Positions 39,047-48,439 of a stretch of DNA of 64,000 nt are shown here, one piece after another. Origin of the DNA: Candidatus Sericytochromatia bacterium (GTDB lineage Bacteria; Cyanobacteriota; Sericytochromatia; S15B-MN24; JAQBPE01). Positions within the stretch are counted from its first letter, which is position 1, and each line of letters begins with the position of its first letter. The notes under the pieces are model-generated. The model made no database searches. It saw only the letters and a program-made list of their open reading frames with translations, and had not been told where the DNA came from. Location: assembly GCA_035285125.1 (NCBI GenBank), contig JAYKHR010000165.1:70341-134340 (forward strand), written 5' to 3'. A program made the position numbers and the translations under genes.

Positions 39047-39109
39047 CCGATTCCCGGGTCAGAGGGGGCGATAAGTAGCGTGGCTCCCCCGTCTCAAAAG
39101 GTGCCTGCG

Positions 39110-40939
39110 ATGACCCTGCCGCTCCCGTCGTTCCGGCCTGCGTCCCCTGCGCCCCGCGCCCCTTTGGGTGGCAGCTACCCCGCGGCGCCTGCTCCGCAGC
39201 CGCAGCCCGGGTACGCCGTCTACGCACCCCAGAGTCAGCCCAGCGTGGCGAGCGTGGTGGACGGCGTGCTAGGTGCCATCGGGCGCGTCTTCGAGGGGAT
39301 CCTGAACTTCTTCAAGCGCCTCTTCAACGCCAGGACCGCTGGGCCCGCTGGGCCCGTCGGTACGCCGGGGCCCATCTACCCGGCCCCGGGCCCCATCGTG
39401 CCCCAACCAGCCGCCCCGACGTTCAACGGCCTCACGGCCAACGAGCTGGCGCTGGCCCAGCAGCAGGGCATCCTGGCGACGCGCGACAACCTTGACGCCT
39501 TTTTGCGGGAGGCCCAGACCCTCGAGGCCACCCACGCGCTCGGGCCCGGCAGCAACACCCCCGACGCCATCGCCGAACTGCAGCAGGCGCTCCAGCGCCT
39601 CGGCTTCCGGGTCGCCCCCAGCGGGGCGTGGGACCAGGCCACCACCGACGCCGTGCTGGCCTTCAAGCGGTCGCAGGGCCTGGTCGGCAGCTACCGGCTC
39701 GCCGATGGTATACCGGCCGTGCACCCATTCATCGACGAGCCGACGAAGCAGGCGCTGATTCGGTCGCTTCAGCAGGCCGCCGCGACGCCGCCGCAGCCCG
39801 TGGTGTCGCTGCCACCGAGCCCCACCACGCTGCCCCCGACGAGCGTCCCCGCGCAGCCGACACCGGGCCCTGGGGTTGCGACCCTGCCGGCGCCGGGCCC
39901 TGCACCCATCACCCCCTCGCCGGCCCCGGTTGCACCTCCGCCGGCCCCCGTCACGCCTCCGCCGGCCCCCGTCACGCCTCCGCCGGCCCCCGTCACGCCC
40001 CCGCCGGCCCCGGTTGCACCTCCGCCGGCCCCCGTCACGCCCCCGCCGGCCCCCGTCACACCAACTCCCACGCCCGTGACGCCCGCCCCAGCCCCCGTCA
40101 CGCCATCGCCGACCCAGCCAACCCCCGGCACCCCCGGCACCCCCGATCTCACCGCCGACGAGCAGGCCCTGGCCCAGCAGCATGGCCTGCTGCCGACCAG
40201 GGCGAACATGACGGCCTTCCTGCAAGAGGCGCAGGCGCTGGAGGCTGCCGACGCGCTGGGCCCCGGCTCCAGCCAGGCCGATATGGTGATGGAGCTCCAG
40301 CAACTGCTCGCAGCCTGGGGCCACGCCGTCACCCCGAGCGGCCAGTGGGATGAGGCCACCACGCAGGCCGTGACCACCTTCAAGCGGGACAACGGCCTCG
40401 TCGCATCATACAAGGCGGCCGACGGGCAGCCAGCCGTGCACCCGTTCATTGACGCCGCCACGAAGCAGGCCATGATCCGCAAGCTGGAGACGGGCGCCGT
40501 GAGCCCGACGCCGGCGGCCCCGCCCGCCCCCGCGCCCGCAAGCCCACTCCCCTCGGCGCCCGCCCCGACGACGCTGGCGGTCCCCTCGCTGACGGCCGAG
40601 GAGGCACGCCTGGCGCAGCAGCACAACCTGCTGCCCACCCGTGACAACGTGGCAGCCTTTGCGGCGGAGGCGCAGCGCCTGGAGGCCACGCGGGCCCTGG
40701 GGCCCGGGTCCGCCCAGGCCGACATGGTCCGAGAGTTGCAGCAGGTCCTGACTCAACTCGGGTTCGTGGCGCCCGTCACGGGGGCCTTCGACGCCGCCAC
40801 GGAGGCTGCCGTCGTGGCCTTCAAGCGGGCCAACCAGCTGGTGGCGCCCTACAAGCAAGGCGACGGCGCAGCCGCGGTGCACCCGTTCATCGACGAGGCC
40901 ACCACGCAGGCGCTGATCCGGAGGCTCGGGGGCGCCTGA
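39110..40939 (+). CDS. Pro-rich protein with three peptidoglycan-binding-like repeat modules, paralog of 32678-33877
   Basis: Three ~110-aa modules LTADE..LAQQ.G.L.TR.N...F..EA..LE...LGPGS...ELQQ.L...G...G.WD..T..AV..FKR..GLV..Y...DG..AVHPFID. Confidence 0.78.
   Translation: MTLPLPSFRPASPAPRAPLGGSYPAAPAPQPQPGYAVYAPQSQPSVASVVDGVLGAIGRVFEGILNFFKRLFNARTAGPAGPVGTPGPIYPAPGPIVPQPAAPTFNGLTANELALAQQQGILATRDNLDAFLREAQTLEATHALGPGSNTPDAIAELQQALQRLGFRVAPSGAWDQATTDAVLAFKRSQGLVGSYRLADGIPAVHPFIDEPTKQALIRSLQQAAATPPQPVVSLPPSPTTLPPTSVPAQPTPGPGVATLPAPGPAPITPSPAPVAPPPAPVTPPPAPVTPPPAPVTPPPAPVAPPPAPVTPPPAPVTPTPTPVTPAPAPVTPSPTQPTPGTPGTPDLTADEQALAQQHGLLPTRANMTAFLQEAQALEAADALGPGSSQADMVMELQQLLAAWGHAVTPSGQWDEATTQAVTTFKRDNGLVASYKAADGQPAVHPFIDAATKQAMIRKLETGAVSPTPAAPPAPAPASPLPSAPAPTTLAVPSLTAEEARLAQQHNLLPTRDNVAAFAAEAQRLEATRALGPGSAQADMVRELQQVLTQLGFVAPVTGAFDAATEAAVVAFKRANQLVAPYKQGDGAAAVHPFIDEATTQALIRRLGGA
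39920..40110 (+). repeat. 21-nt tandem repeats (ccggcccccgtcacgcc[t/c]ccg; PAPVTPP)
   Basis: About seven near-identical copies plus degenerate ones. Confidence 0.85.
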
Positions 40940-40951
40940 GCGCGGCCCACC

Positions 40952-41626
40952 TCACCCCAGCGGCCACCCGTCCTCATCGACGGGTGGCTGGCTGCGGCGA
41001 GGCGCCTCCACCACCGGCGCGGGAGGCGCCCCCAGCTTCCGCCAGGCTGCGAGGCACGTGGCCATCACCGTCATCAAGGCCACGTGGCCCGGCAGGTACT
41101 GGAAAACCTGATTGAAGGCGAGCTGGTGCCAGGCTGCCAGCGAGCCGAGCATATCTTCGCGGAACAACTCGTAGACAAGCCCGATGCCTTGCACCAGCGC
41201 CAGCGCCCAGAAAAGTCCGAGCCAGATGCGGCCGAAGCGGGTGCTACCCGTGTGCAGCCCTGCGACCCAGACGGCGGGGACGCAGGCCATCAGGTAGCCG
41301 AAGGTCGGCTGGGTATAGTACTCGCCGCCTCCCCCGTGGGTGAAGATGGGCAGGCCACCGAAGCCGATGCCGAGGTAGAAGCAAATGGCCACGACGCCCC
41401 ACCGGGGCCCCAGCACGGCGGCCGTCAGCCAGACAGCCGGCAACTGGGCCGTGATGACGTGGGAACCGAAGACGAGGCCCTTGAACTGGTACAGCGTCTC
41501 TGCCGTGGGGAGGTGACGCGGGGGCCCCACGAGCAAGAAGGGCACCTTCACGGCCACGAAGGCACTGCAGGCGAGCAGGGTGGTCAGGAAGAGGAGCAAG
41601 AGGATGCGGGACACGGCTCCCCACAC
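40952..41626 (-). CDS. bioY: Biotin transporter BioY
   Basis: ITAQ, LGPRWG, YLGIG..GLPIFT.GGG, PTFGYL. Confidence 0.85.
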   Translation of the reverse strand: MWGAVSRILLLLFLTTLLACSAFVAVKVPFLLVGPPRHLPTAETLYQFKGLVFGSHVITAQLPAVWLTAAVLGPRWGVVAICFYLGIGFGGLPIFTHGGGGEYYTQPTFGYLMACVPAVWVAGLHTGSTRFGRIWLGLFWALALVQGIGLVYELFREDMLGSLAAWHQLAFNQVFQYLPGHVALMTVMATCLAAWRKLGAPPAPVVEAPRRSQPPVDEDGWPLG

Positions 41627-41772
41627 GGAACGAGGGCACGGGAGGTCATCATAGCACCCCGCCGGGTGGCTGGCCCGGCCGGCCCGAGGCTCTGCCTTTC
41701 CCCCGCCTGCCCTTTGGGGTATACTTCATCCTTCATTAATGGGCGCTTCACGCGCCGCTCGGAGGAACCGAC

Positions 41773-43089
41773 GTGGACATCCGCAAACTCCTGCTCTTCG
41801 TCATCACGGTGCTGGCCATCGGCTCTGCTTACATGGTCATCCGGAACGAAGCCAGGTGGCCCTTCGAGTGGAAGAAGGGGCTGGACATCCAGGGCGGCAT
41901 GCATCTGGTCGCCCAGGCCCAGCCCACAGACGACATCAAAATCATCACGCCCAACGTGATGTCCACTGCCATCGCCGTCGTGCGGGCCCGCGTCGACGGG
42001 CTCGGGGTCGCCGAACCCCTCATCCAACCCAAGGGCCAAGACCAGATCATCATCGACCTGCCCGGCATCAAGGACAAGGACGAGGCCCTGCGGGTGCTCG
42101 GCCAAACGGCCGTGCTCACCTTCCGGGCCCACAAGGGCGACTTCCCGAGCGGCAAGCCCGCCCCCAAGCGGAAGCCCGTGGCTGGCGCCAAGGTCGACCC
42201 CCGCGACGGCGACGACTGGGTCCTGACCGGCGTCGAGGGGCGGATGATCACGACGGCGCGGGTAGACCCCCTCGGCACGGCCTGGGCCGTCACGGCCGAC
42301 TTCGACTCGGAGGGGGCCCGGATCCTGGCAGATGTGTCGCGCCAGCTACTTCACAAGCCGATGGGCATCTTCCTCGACAACAAGCTCATCTCCGCCCCCA
42401 TCGTGCAATCGGTGCTCGACACTGGCAACGTGCAGGTCACGGGCAACTTCGACGCCAAGCAGGCCAACGAGCTGTTGATCGTGCTGCGGGCCGGGTCGCT
42501 CCCCGTGCCCCTCGAGATCATCGAGAACCGGTCTGTGGACGCCAGCCTCGGCAAGGAGTCCGTGGAGGCCAGCATCGTGGCAGGCTTCATCGGCGCCGGC
42601 CTCGTGATGCTGTTCATGGTGGGCTACTACCAGGTCCCCGGCCTCATCGCGACGCTGGCGCTGGTCATCTACGGCTTCCTGGTGCTCGCCATCTTCAAGA
42701 TGGTCCCCGTGACGCTGACGGTGCCCGGCATTGCTGGCTTCATCCTGTCCGTCGGCATGGCCGTCGACGCAAACATCCTGATCTTCGAACGCACCAAGGA
42801 AGAGCTCAAGGGCGGCCGGACCATCTATGCGGCCATCGAGGCGGGCTTCCAGCGTGCCTTCTCGGCCATCCTCGACTCCAACATCACCACCCTGCTCTCG
42901 TGCTCGGTGCTGTTCTACTTCGGCACCGGGCTCGTGAAGGGCTTCGCCCTGACGCTGGCGATTGGCGTCATCATCTCGATGTTCACGGCCATCACCGCGT
43001 CCCGGAACCTGCTCCACTGGGCGCTGGAGAGTTCCCGATTCAAGAGCCCCAAGCTCTTCGGCGTGGCGCTCCCCTCCAAGATCCGCTGA
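41773..43089 (+). CDS. secD: Protein translocase subunit SecD
   Basis: GLDIQGG, RVDGLGVAEP, LRAGSLP, GIAGFILSVGMAVDANILIFER, DSNITT, KGFALTL. Confidence 0.96.
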   Translation: MDIRKLLLFVITVLAIGSAYMVIRNEARWPFEWKKGLDIQGGMHLVAQAQPTDDIKIITPNVMSTAIAVVRARVDGLGVAEPLIQPKGQDQIIIDLPGIKDKDEALRVLGQTAVLTFRAHKGDFPSGKPAPKRKPVAGAKVDPRDGDDWVLTGVEGRMITTARVDPLGTAWAVTADFDSEGARILADVSRQLLHKPMGIFLDNKLISAPIVQSVLDTGNVQVTGNFDAKQANELLIVLRAGSLPVPLEIIENRSVDASLGKESVEASIVAGFIGAGLVMLFMVGYYQVPGLIATLALVIYGFLVLAIFKMVPVTLTVPGIAGFILSVGMAVDANILIFERTKEELKGGRTIYAAIEAGFQRAFSAILDSNITTLLSCSVLFYFGTGLVKGFALTLAIGVIISMFTAITASRNLLHWALESSRFKSPKLFGVALPSKIR

Positions 43090-43120
43090 CGGTCCTGCTC
43101 CTGACGAGGTCCTGTTCCCC

Positions 43121-44038
43121 ATGGCGATGCGCTTCGAAGACTCCTCCTTCAACTTCATGAACAAGAAGGCCCTGTGGTTCGGCATCTCGGGCCTGCTGCT
43201 CGTGCCGGGCATCGTGGCCATCGTGATGTGCTTCCTGCAGTTCGGGGCCCCGGTGAAGCTCGGCATCGACTTCACGGGCGGCACCCTCGCGCAGCTCACC
43301 TTCGAAAAGGGCGTGACGGCCCAGGACGTGAAGACCGTGGTGGCCGGCACGGGCCATCCCGACGTGCAGGTCCAGATCGCAGACGGCAAGACGGCCCTCA
43401 TCCGCACGAAGGCGATGGCGTCACCTGAGCGCCAGGCGATGCTCGACGCGCTCAAGGGCAAGCTCGGCGCCTTCAAGGCTGACCGGTTCGAGAGCGTCGG
43501 GCCGACGGTGGGCAAGGAACTGCTGCTCAACTCACTCTCCGCCGTGGGCCTCACGCTACTCGGCATCATCGGCTACGTCTCGTTCCGGTACCAGTTCGAC
43601 TTTGCCATGTGCGCCATCTCCGCGCTGATCCACGACGTGCTGTTCATCCTCGGCGTGTTCGCCATCTTGGGTCTCGCGCTGGGCGTTGAGGTAGACAGCC
43701 TGTTCGTCACGGCCGTCCTGACGGTGGTCGGTTTCTCCGTGCACGACACCATCATCATTTACGACCGCATCCGCGAGAACATGCGGACGGCCGGCAAGCG
43801 CGACACCTTCGACGACGTGGCGAACCGCAGCATCAAGCAGACGCTCGCCCGCTCCATCAACACCTCCCTGACGGTTTGCCTGACGCTCATCGCGATGCTG
43901 ATCTTCGGCGGTGAGACCGTGCGCTGGTTCGTGCTGGCGATGCTTCTCGGCATTGCGGTCGGCACTTACTCCAGCATCTTCAACGCCAGCCAGCTGCTGT
44001 CCGCCTGGCGGATGTTGGGCGTCAAGCAGACGACCTGA
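43121..44038 (+). CDS. secF: Protein translocase subunit SecF
   Basis: GIDFTGG, VGPTVG, HD, GFSVHDTIIIYDRIREN, RSINTS, GTYSSIF. Confidence 0.96.
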   Translation: MAMRFEDSSFNFMNKKALWFGISGLLLVPGIVAIVMCFLQFGAPVKLGIDFTGGTLAQLTFEKGVTAQDVKTVVAGTGHPDVQVQIADGKTALIRTKAMASPERQAMLDALKGKLGAFKADRFESVGPTVGKELLLNSLSAVGLTLLGIIGYVSFRYQFDFAMCAISALIHDVLFILGVFAILGLALGVEVDSLFVTAVLTVVGFSVHDTIIIYDRIRENMRTAGKRDTFDDVANRSIKQTLARSINTSLTVCLTLIAMLIFGGETVRWFVLAMLLGIAVGTYSSIFNASQLLSAWRMLGVKQTT

Positions 44039-44059
44039 GCCCCCTGCCGGATCACAAAC

Positions 44060-46969
44060 ATGACCATGCCCGCCACGCCTGGACCCGAGGTCACCCCCGT
44101 CACCGACGCCGCGGACGCCGCCCCGAGAGCGGGGGCAGAGCCCACCGTCCGAGACTACGGCAAGGTCATCTGGTACGTGCTGCTCGGAGCGCTGCTGCTG
44201 CGGCTGTTCCTGATCCGCTTCCCTTACCAGTTCACGCTGGACGTCAACACCTTCCGGTCTTGGGGTGACACGCTGGTCAAGGTTGGCCCCCACAACTTCT
44301 ATGGGCAAACCTGGAGCGACTATCCGCCGCTGTTCATGTATGGGCTGTGGGCCTGGGCCAGCTTCGTCAAGCTGCTGACGGGCGACGCCATGATGAGCGT
44401 GCAGTGGGCGAAGGTCCCGGGCTGCCTGGCTGACGTGGCCAACGGCTGGCTGATCTTCCACCTGCTGCGGGGCCGCGTCGCCATCCGGTCGGCGTTCCGG
44501 GCCGCCGCGTTCTACCTGTTCAACCCGGTGGTGCTGTTCGTGTCTGCCATCTGGGGTCAGGTCGACTCCATCATCACGTGCTCGATGCTGCTCACGAGCC
44601 TCGCGGTGCTGCAAAACCGCCTGCTGCTCACGGCCGCCTTGGCGAGCGCCTCGGTCTTCGTGAAGCCGCAGGGCATCTTCCTCATTCCCATTGCGGTCTT
44701 CGCGCTGTGGCACCGCCAGCCCCTGCGCCGGTGGCCCCTCGCCATCGGGACGGGGTTGATCACGGCCTGGCTCATCCTGGTCCCGGCCAACCTCACGAAG
44801 GTGATCGATGTCAACAGCGGCGTGGCGGGGTTCCTGCAGGCCCTGTTCGCGGGCCCGTTCTACTGGTTCGCCAACCTGATGAAGCAGACTGGCAACAACT
44901 ACCCGTACAGCACCGTCAACGCTTTCAACATCTGGATGCTGCCCCCCCCGAATGAGTCCTGGAAGCCGGATGACAGGGTGCTGCTCTTCTTGACCCACGC
45001 GCAGTGGGGCATGGGGCTGGTCGCGCTGACGCTGGCCGTGATCGCCTGGTACCTCTGGCGGAACCGCCACCAGGCCGTTGCCTCGCCTTACGTGCTCGGC
45101 GCCTCAGTGGCGCTGACGGGCTACTACATGCTGGCGACGCGCATGCACGAGCGGTACATCTTTCCCGCTATCGCCTTCCTGTGCCTTGCGCAAGCCTTCA
45201 ACCGCCGACTGAGCTGGCTCTACTGGGCCTTCTCGCTCACGTCCTTCGTCTCGATCTCATACATCTTCTTCTTCTATAACGACCAGAGCGCCTGGGTCGA
45301 GGGCCTCAAGGCGATGATGAACAACGGCCAGTTGCTCGGCAACCTCAAGCTGTCGGGCATGGTGCTCATCTCCCTGCTCAACGTGTGGCTCTTCGGCGAA
45401 CTGGTCGCCGTGATGTTCGAGAAGGCGGACGTCGCCCAGGAGTTGGGGGAGAGCCCCCTCGTCAGGACGCTCCGGACGATCACGGCGCAGGTCCGCCTCC
45501 ACGCCTGGACGGTGTTGGACGTGCTGGTGCCCGTAGCCTTCGCAGCCACGTTCGTCGCGCTGGCGCTGTGGCGCCTCGGCACGCCGAACGAGCAGATCTT
45601 CGATGAGGTCTACCACGCGCGCACCGCGATGGAGTACATCAAGGGCGTCAGCCCCTACGAGTGGACCCACCCCCCGCTCGCGAAGCTTATCGCAGCCCTG
45701 GGCATCCTGGGCCTCGGCGGCGGCTGGGAGCTTGAGGCGAAGACCTTCACCGAGCAGCAGGCCTTTGCCTGGCGCTTCACCAGCGTGCTGTTCGGGGGCG
45801 TCTCGCTCCTCGCCACCTACGCGCTCACACGCCTCATGTTCGGGAACCGCACCATCGCCACCACGGCCATGGCCCTGCTGGCTCTCGACGGCGTGTTTTT
45901 CGTTCAGGCTCGCACGGCCATGACCAACATCTATGAGGTCGCCTTCATCCTCGTCGGCACCATCGGGACCTGGCTGTTCCTCAAGCGCGACGACGGCCGC
46001 TGGCTGATGCTCACGGGCCTCGGGCTGGGCTGCGCGCTCGCCACGCGGTGGTCGAGCCTTTACGCGTGGGGCCTGACGGGGTTGCTGCTGCTGTACCACG
46101 CCTGGCGCGTCCGGCGGCTGCAGTGGGTGGCGTCGCCCTCGGCTGACGTCCGGGGCCTGTGGCAGGACGTGAAGGCCGCGGACCTGCGCGGCATGGCACG
46201 CTATGCGTTGCTGGTGGTCCTCACGATGGGAGGCATCCCGGTGGTGATCTACCTGCTGACCTACATCCCCTACGTGCTACAGGGCGACGGCAACTGGGTC
46301 TACAAACTGTTCTCGCTGGGCGACCAGTCTCGCGGCTGGACCAAGGTCGTCTACTGGCAAAAGGACATGTGGGGCTACCACGCGAACCTCAACGCCACGC
46401 ATCCCTACAGCTCGCCCTGGTGGTCGTGGCCGCTGATGCTACGCCCCACCTGGTACTATTTCCACGACTGGAAGGGAGCCCCCGTCGCAGGCCTATCCGG
46501 CGTCTGGGCCATCGGGAACGCCGCGATCTGGTGGACCTGTATCCCGGCGCTGCTCTACGCTGCCTGGCTGGGCTGGCGCGACCGTCTCGTGGCCCTCGGC
46601 GCCACGGCCGTGCTCGGCCTCGGCCTCTGGGTGATGTGGGGCGTGCAGCCCCGGCCGCTCCTGTACATGCACTATATGTTCGAGACGATCCCGTTCGCCT
46701 GCATCGCCCTGGCCTACATCGGCTACGTGTTCTGGCACGGCACGCCCGACGGGGAGTCGCCCGAGGCGACCCGCCCCTTCTCGGGACTGGGCTTCCTGCC
46801 AGCCTGGATTCGCGCGGTCGAGTGGCGGACGGTGCGGCGCTCGCTGGTGGTGGCGCATGCCGCACTGGTGGTTGGCTGGTTCGTGTTCTACTACCCGCTG
46901 CTCTCCGCGTCCCCCATTTCCTGGGATTTTTACAACAAGCACATCTGGTTCGGCCGGTCGTGGATTTGA
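44060..46969 (+). CDS. Two-domain GT-C glycosyltransferase: N-terminal DYPP-type domain plus C-terminal protein O-mannosyltransferase (PMT/GT39)
   Basis: N-half DYPP, FNP, WGQVDS, KPQ, NAFNIW, MHERY; C-half FDEVYH, HPPLAK, WRF, HPYSSPWWSWPLMLRP, GN..IWW, YMHY, YYP. Confidence 0.85.
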   Translation: MTMPATPGPEVTPVTDAADAAPRAGAEPTVRDYGKVIWYVLLGALLLRLFLIRFPYQFTLDVNTFRSWGDTLVKVGPHNFYGQTWSDYPPLFMYGLWAWASFVKLLTGDAMMSVQWAKVPGCLADVANGWLIFHLLRGRVAIRSAFRAAAFYLFNPVVLFVSAIWGQVDSIITCSMLLTSLAVLQNRLLLTAALASASVFVKPQGIFLIPIAVFALWHRQPLRRWPLAIGTGLITAWLILVPANLTKVIDVNSGVAGFLQALFAGPFYWFANLMKQTGNNYPYSTVNAFNIWMLPPPNESWKPDDRVLLFLTHAQWGMGLVALTLAVIAWYLWRNRHQAVASPYVLGASVALTGYYMLATRMHERYIFPAIAFLCLAQAFNRRLSWLYWAFSLTSFVSISYIFFFYNDQSAWVEGLKAMMNNGQLLGNLKLSGMVLISLLNVWLFGELVAVMFEKADVAQELGESPLVRTLRTITAQVRLHAWTVLDVLVPVAFAATFVALALWRLGTPNEQIFDEVYHARTAMEYIKGVSPYEWTHPPLAKLIAALGILGLGGGWELEAKTFTEQQAFAWRFTSVLFGGVSLLATYALTRLMFGNRTIATTAMALLALDGVFFVQARTAMTNIYEVAFILVGTIGTWLFLKRDDGRWLMLTGLGLGCALATRWSSLYAWGLTGLLLLYHAWRVRRLQWVASPSADVRGLWQDVKAADLRGMARYALLVVLTMGGIPVVIYLLTYIPYVLQGDGNWVYKLFSLGDQSRGWTKVVYWQKDMWGYHANLNATHPYSSPWWSWPLMLRPTWYYFHDWKGAPVAGLSGVWAIGNAAIWWTCIPALLYAAWLGWRDRLVALGATAVLGLGLWVMWGVQPRPLLYMHYMFETIPFACIALAYIGYVFWHGTPDGESPEATRPFSGLGFLPAWIRAVEWRTVRRSLVVAHAALVVGWFVFYYPLLSASPISWDFYNKHIWFGRSWI

Positions 46970-47070
46970 CCCCGCAAGGGTGTCGCGCGTTACGGTCCAT
47001 CCGGGCCAACCCCGGGTAGATTGATCGTGGGCCTCTGGCGCCACGTGAGCGCACGGCCCTGCCCGGAGGA

Positions 47071-48429
47071 ATGCGCGGCGTGTCGCCCAAGGCTCCCAAC
47101 AGCCTGATTGTCTCCCTCGTGATGCTCGGCGTCGTCGCGGGGTCTGCCGGCTGCCCCCAGTCGCCTCCCCCTGTGGCGCCTGTCAAGACCCCCTCGAAAA
47201 GGCCCTCCACCAAGGCGCCAACGGGGTCCCCTGGCACACCAGTGCCGAGCGTGAGCGGCGCGACCCCCACCCCGACACCCGGCGGCGCGACGCCCACCCC
47301 CACGCCCAGCGGCGCCACCCCCACCCCGACGCCCAGTGGCGCCACTCCCACCCCGGCGCCCAGTGGCGCCACCCCCACCCCGACGCCCAGTGGCGCCACC
47401 CCCACCCCGACGCCTACGCCTACGCCTACGCCTACGCCTACGCCCAACCCCGGTGGCGGCACGGCCACGGTGGGAGGGCCTACGCTGACGGGTTCCACCT
47501 CCCTGCTGGCCGGCACAGCCGGGGTGCCCGGCCTGGCCAACGAAACGGGCGAACTAGCCCAGTTCCAGTTCCCCTCCGCCGTCGCCGTGGCGCCAGACGG
47601 GACCATCGTCGTGGCAGACGCCGGGAACCACGCCATCCGCCGCGTCACCTTCGCGGGCGTGGCGACGCTGGTGGCGGGCGGCTCTGTGGGGGCCACCGAG
47701 GGCGCTGGCGCCAACGCTCAGTTCAGCCAACCCGGGGGCGTGACCGTCGATCCCACGGGCAACGTCTTCATCGCCGACACGGGCAACAACAGGGTCCGCC
47801 GGATCACGAACGGGCAGACGACCACCACCACCGTCGCCACCGCGGCCAACGGAAAGACCATGGCATCACCGGGTGGCATCTGCGCCGATCGCTTCGGCAA
47901 CCTGTTCGTGGCGGACACCGGCAACTTCCGCGTGCTGCGCATTGCCGCCGGCAGCAACACGGCCGTCGAGTTGGCCGGCAGCGGGGCGGTCGGCACCGCT
48001 GACGGGACGGGGGCCGCGGCATCGTTCCGGGGCTTGCGCAGCATCGCGTGCGATTTCAGCGGCAACGTCTACGTGGGCGATGGGGGCACCCTGCGCCGCA
48101 TCACGTCGGCTGGCGTCGTCAGCACGCCGCAGGTGACGCTAGCCGGTGCAGACACCGTCTTCTTCTCGCTGAACATCACGTGTGACCGCAACGCAGACGG
48201 CACCGTACTGTTCGCGACGGACGACCAATTGAACACGGTGTATCGCCTGACGCGCGACACCGACGGCAACTACGACGCGCAGGCGGTGGCCGGGGACGGC
48301 ACCGCCGGCTTCCAGAACGGCACAGGCACCGGCGCACGCTTCCGCACCCCCTTCGCGCCCGCTGTTCGCAACGGGGCCGTGCTGATCGTGCCCGACACCG
48401 AGAACCACGCCCTGCGCAAGGTCGAGTAA
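47071..48429 (+). CDS. NHL-repeat lipoprotein with Thr/Pro-rich stalk
   Basis: ..GSAGC lipobox; (SGATPTPTP)n; AQFQFPSAVAV, VADAGNHAIRRV, IADTGNNRVRRI, DTENHALRK. Confidence 0.88.
   Translation: MRGVSPKAPNSLIVSLVMLGVVAGSAGCPQSPPPVAPVKTPSKRPSTKAPTGSPGTPVPSVSGATPTPTPGGATPTPTPSGATPTPTPSGATPTPAPSGATPTPTPSGATPTPTPTPTPTPTPTPNPGGGTATVGGPTLTGSTSLLAGTAGVPGLANETGELAQFQFPSAVAVAPDGTIVVADAGNHAIRRVTFAGVATLVAGGSVGATEGAGANAQFSQPGGVTVDPTGNVFIADTGNNRVRRITNGQTTTTTVATAANGKTMASPGGICADRFGNLFVADTGNFRVLRIAAGSNTAVELAGSGAVGTADGTGAAASFRGLRSIACDFSGNVYVGDGGTLRRITSAGVVSTPQVTLAGADTVFFSLNITCDRNADGTVLFATDDQLNTVYRLTRDTDGNYDAQAVAGDGTAGFQNGTGTGARFRTPFAPAVRNGAVLIVPDTENHALRKVE
47254..47445 (+). repeat. ~27-nt SGATPTPTP repeats plus (cctacg)x5 microsatellite
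   Basis: Five SGA/GGA-TPTP units; perfect cctacg x5 at 47413-47442. Confidence 0.85.
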
Positions 48430-48439
48430 GGCCCGCCGG

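Noticed and set aside
39920..40110. Possible CRISPR-like array
   Set aside because: Contiguous 21-nt coding repeats without unique spacers; no cas genes.
41725..41739. TTCA-N7-TTAA upstream of secD as another regulator box
   Set aside because: Weak match immediately downstream of a TATACT -10 element; may be chance AT-rich promoter sequence.
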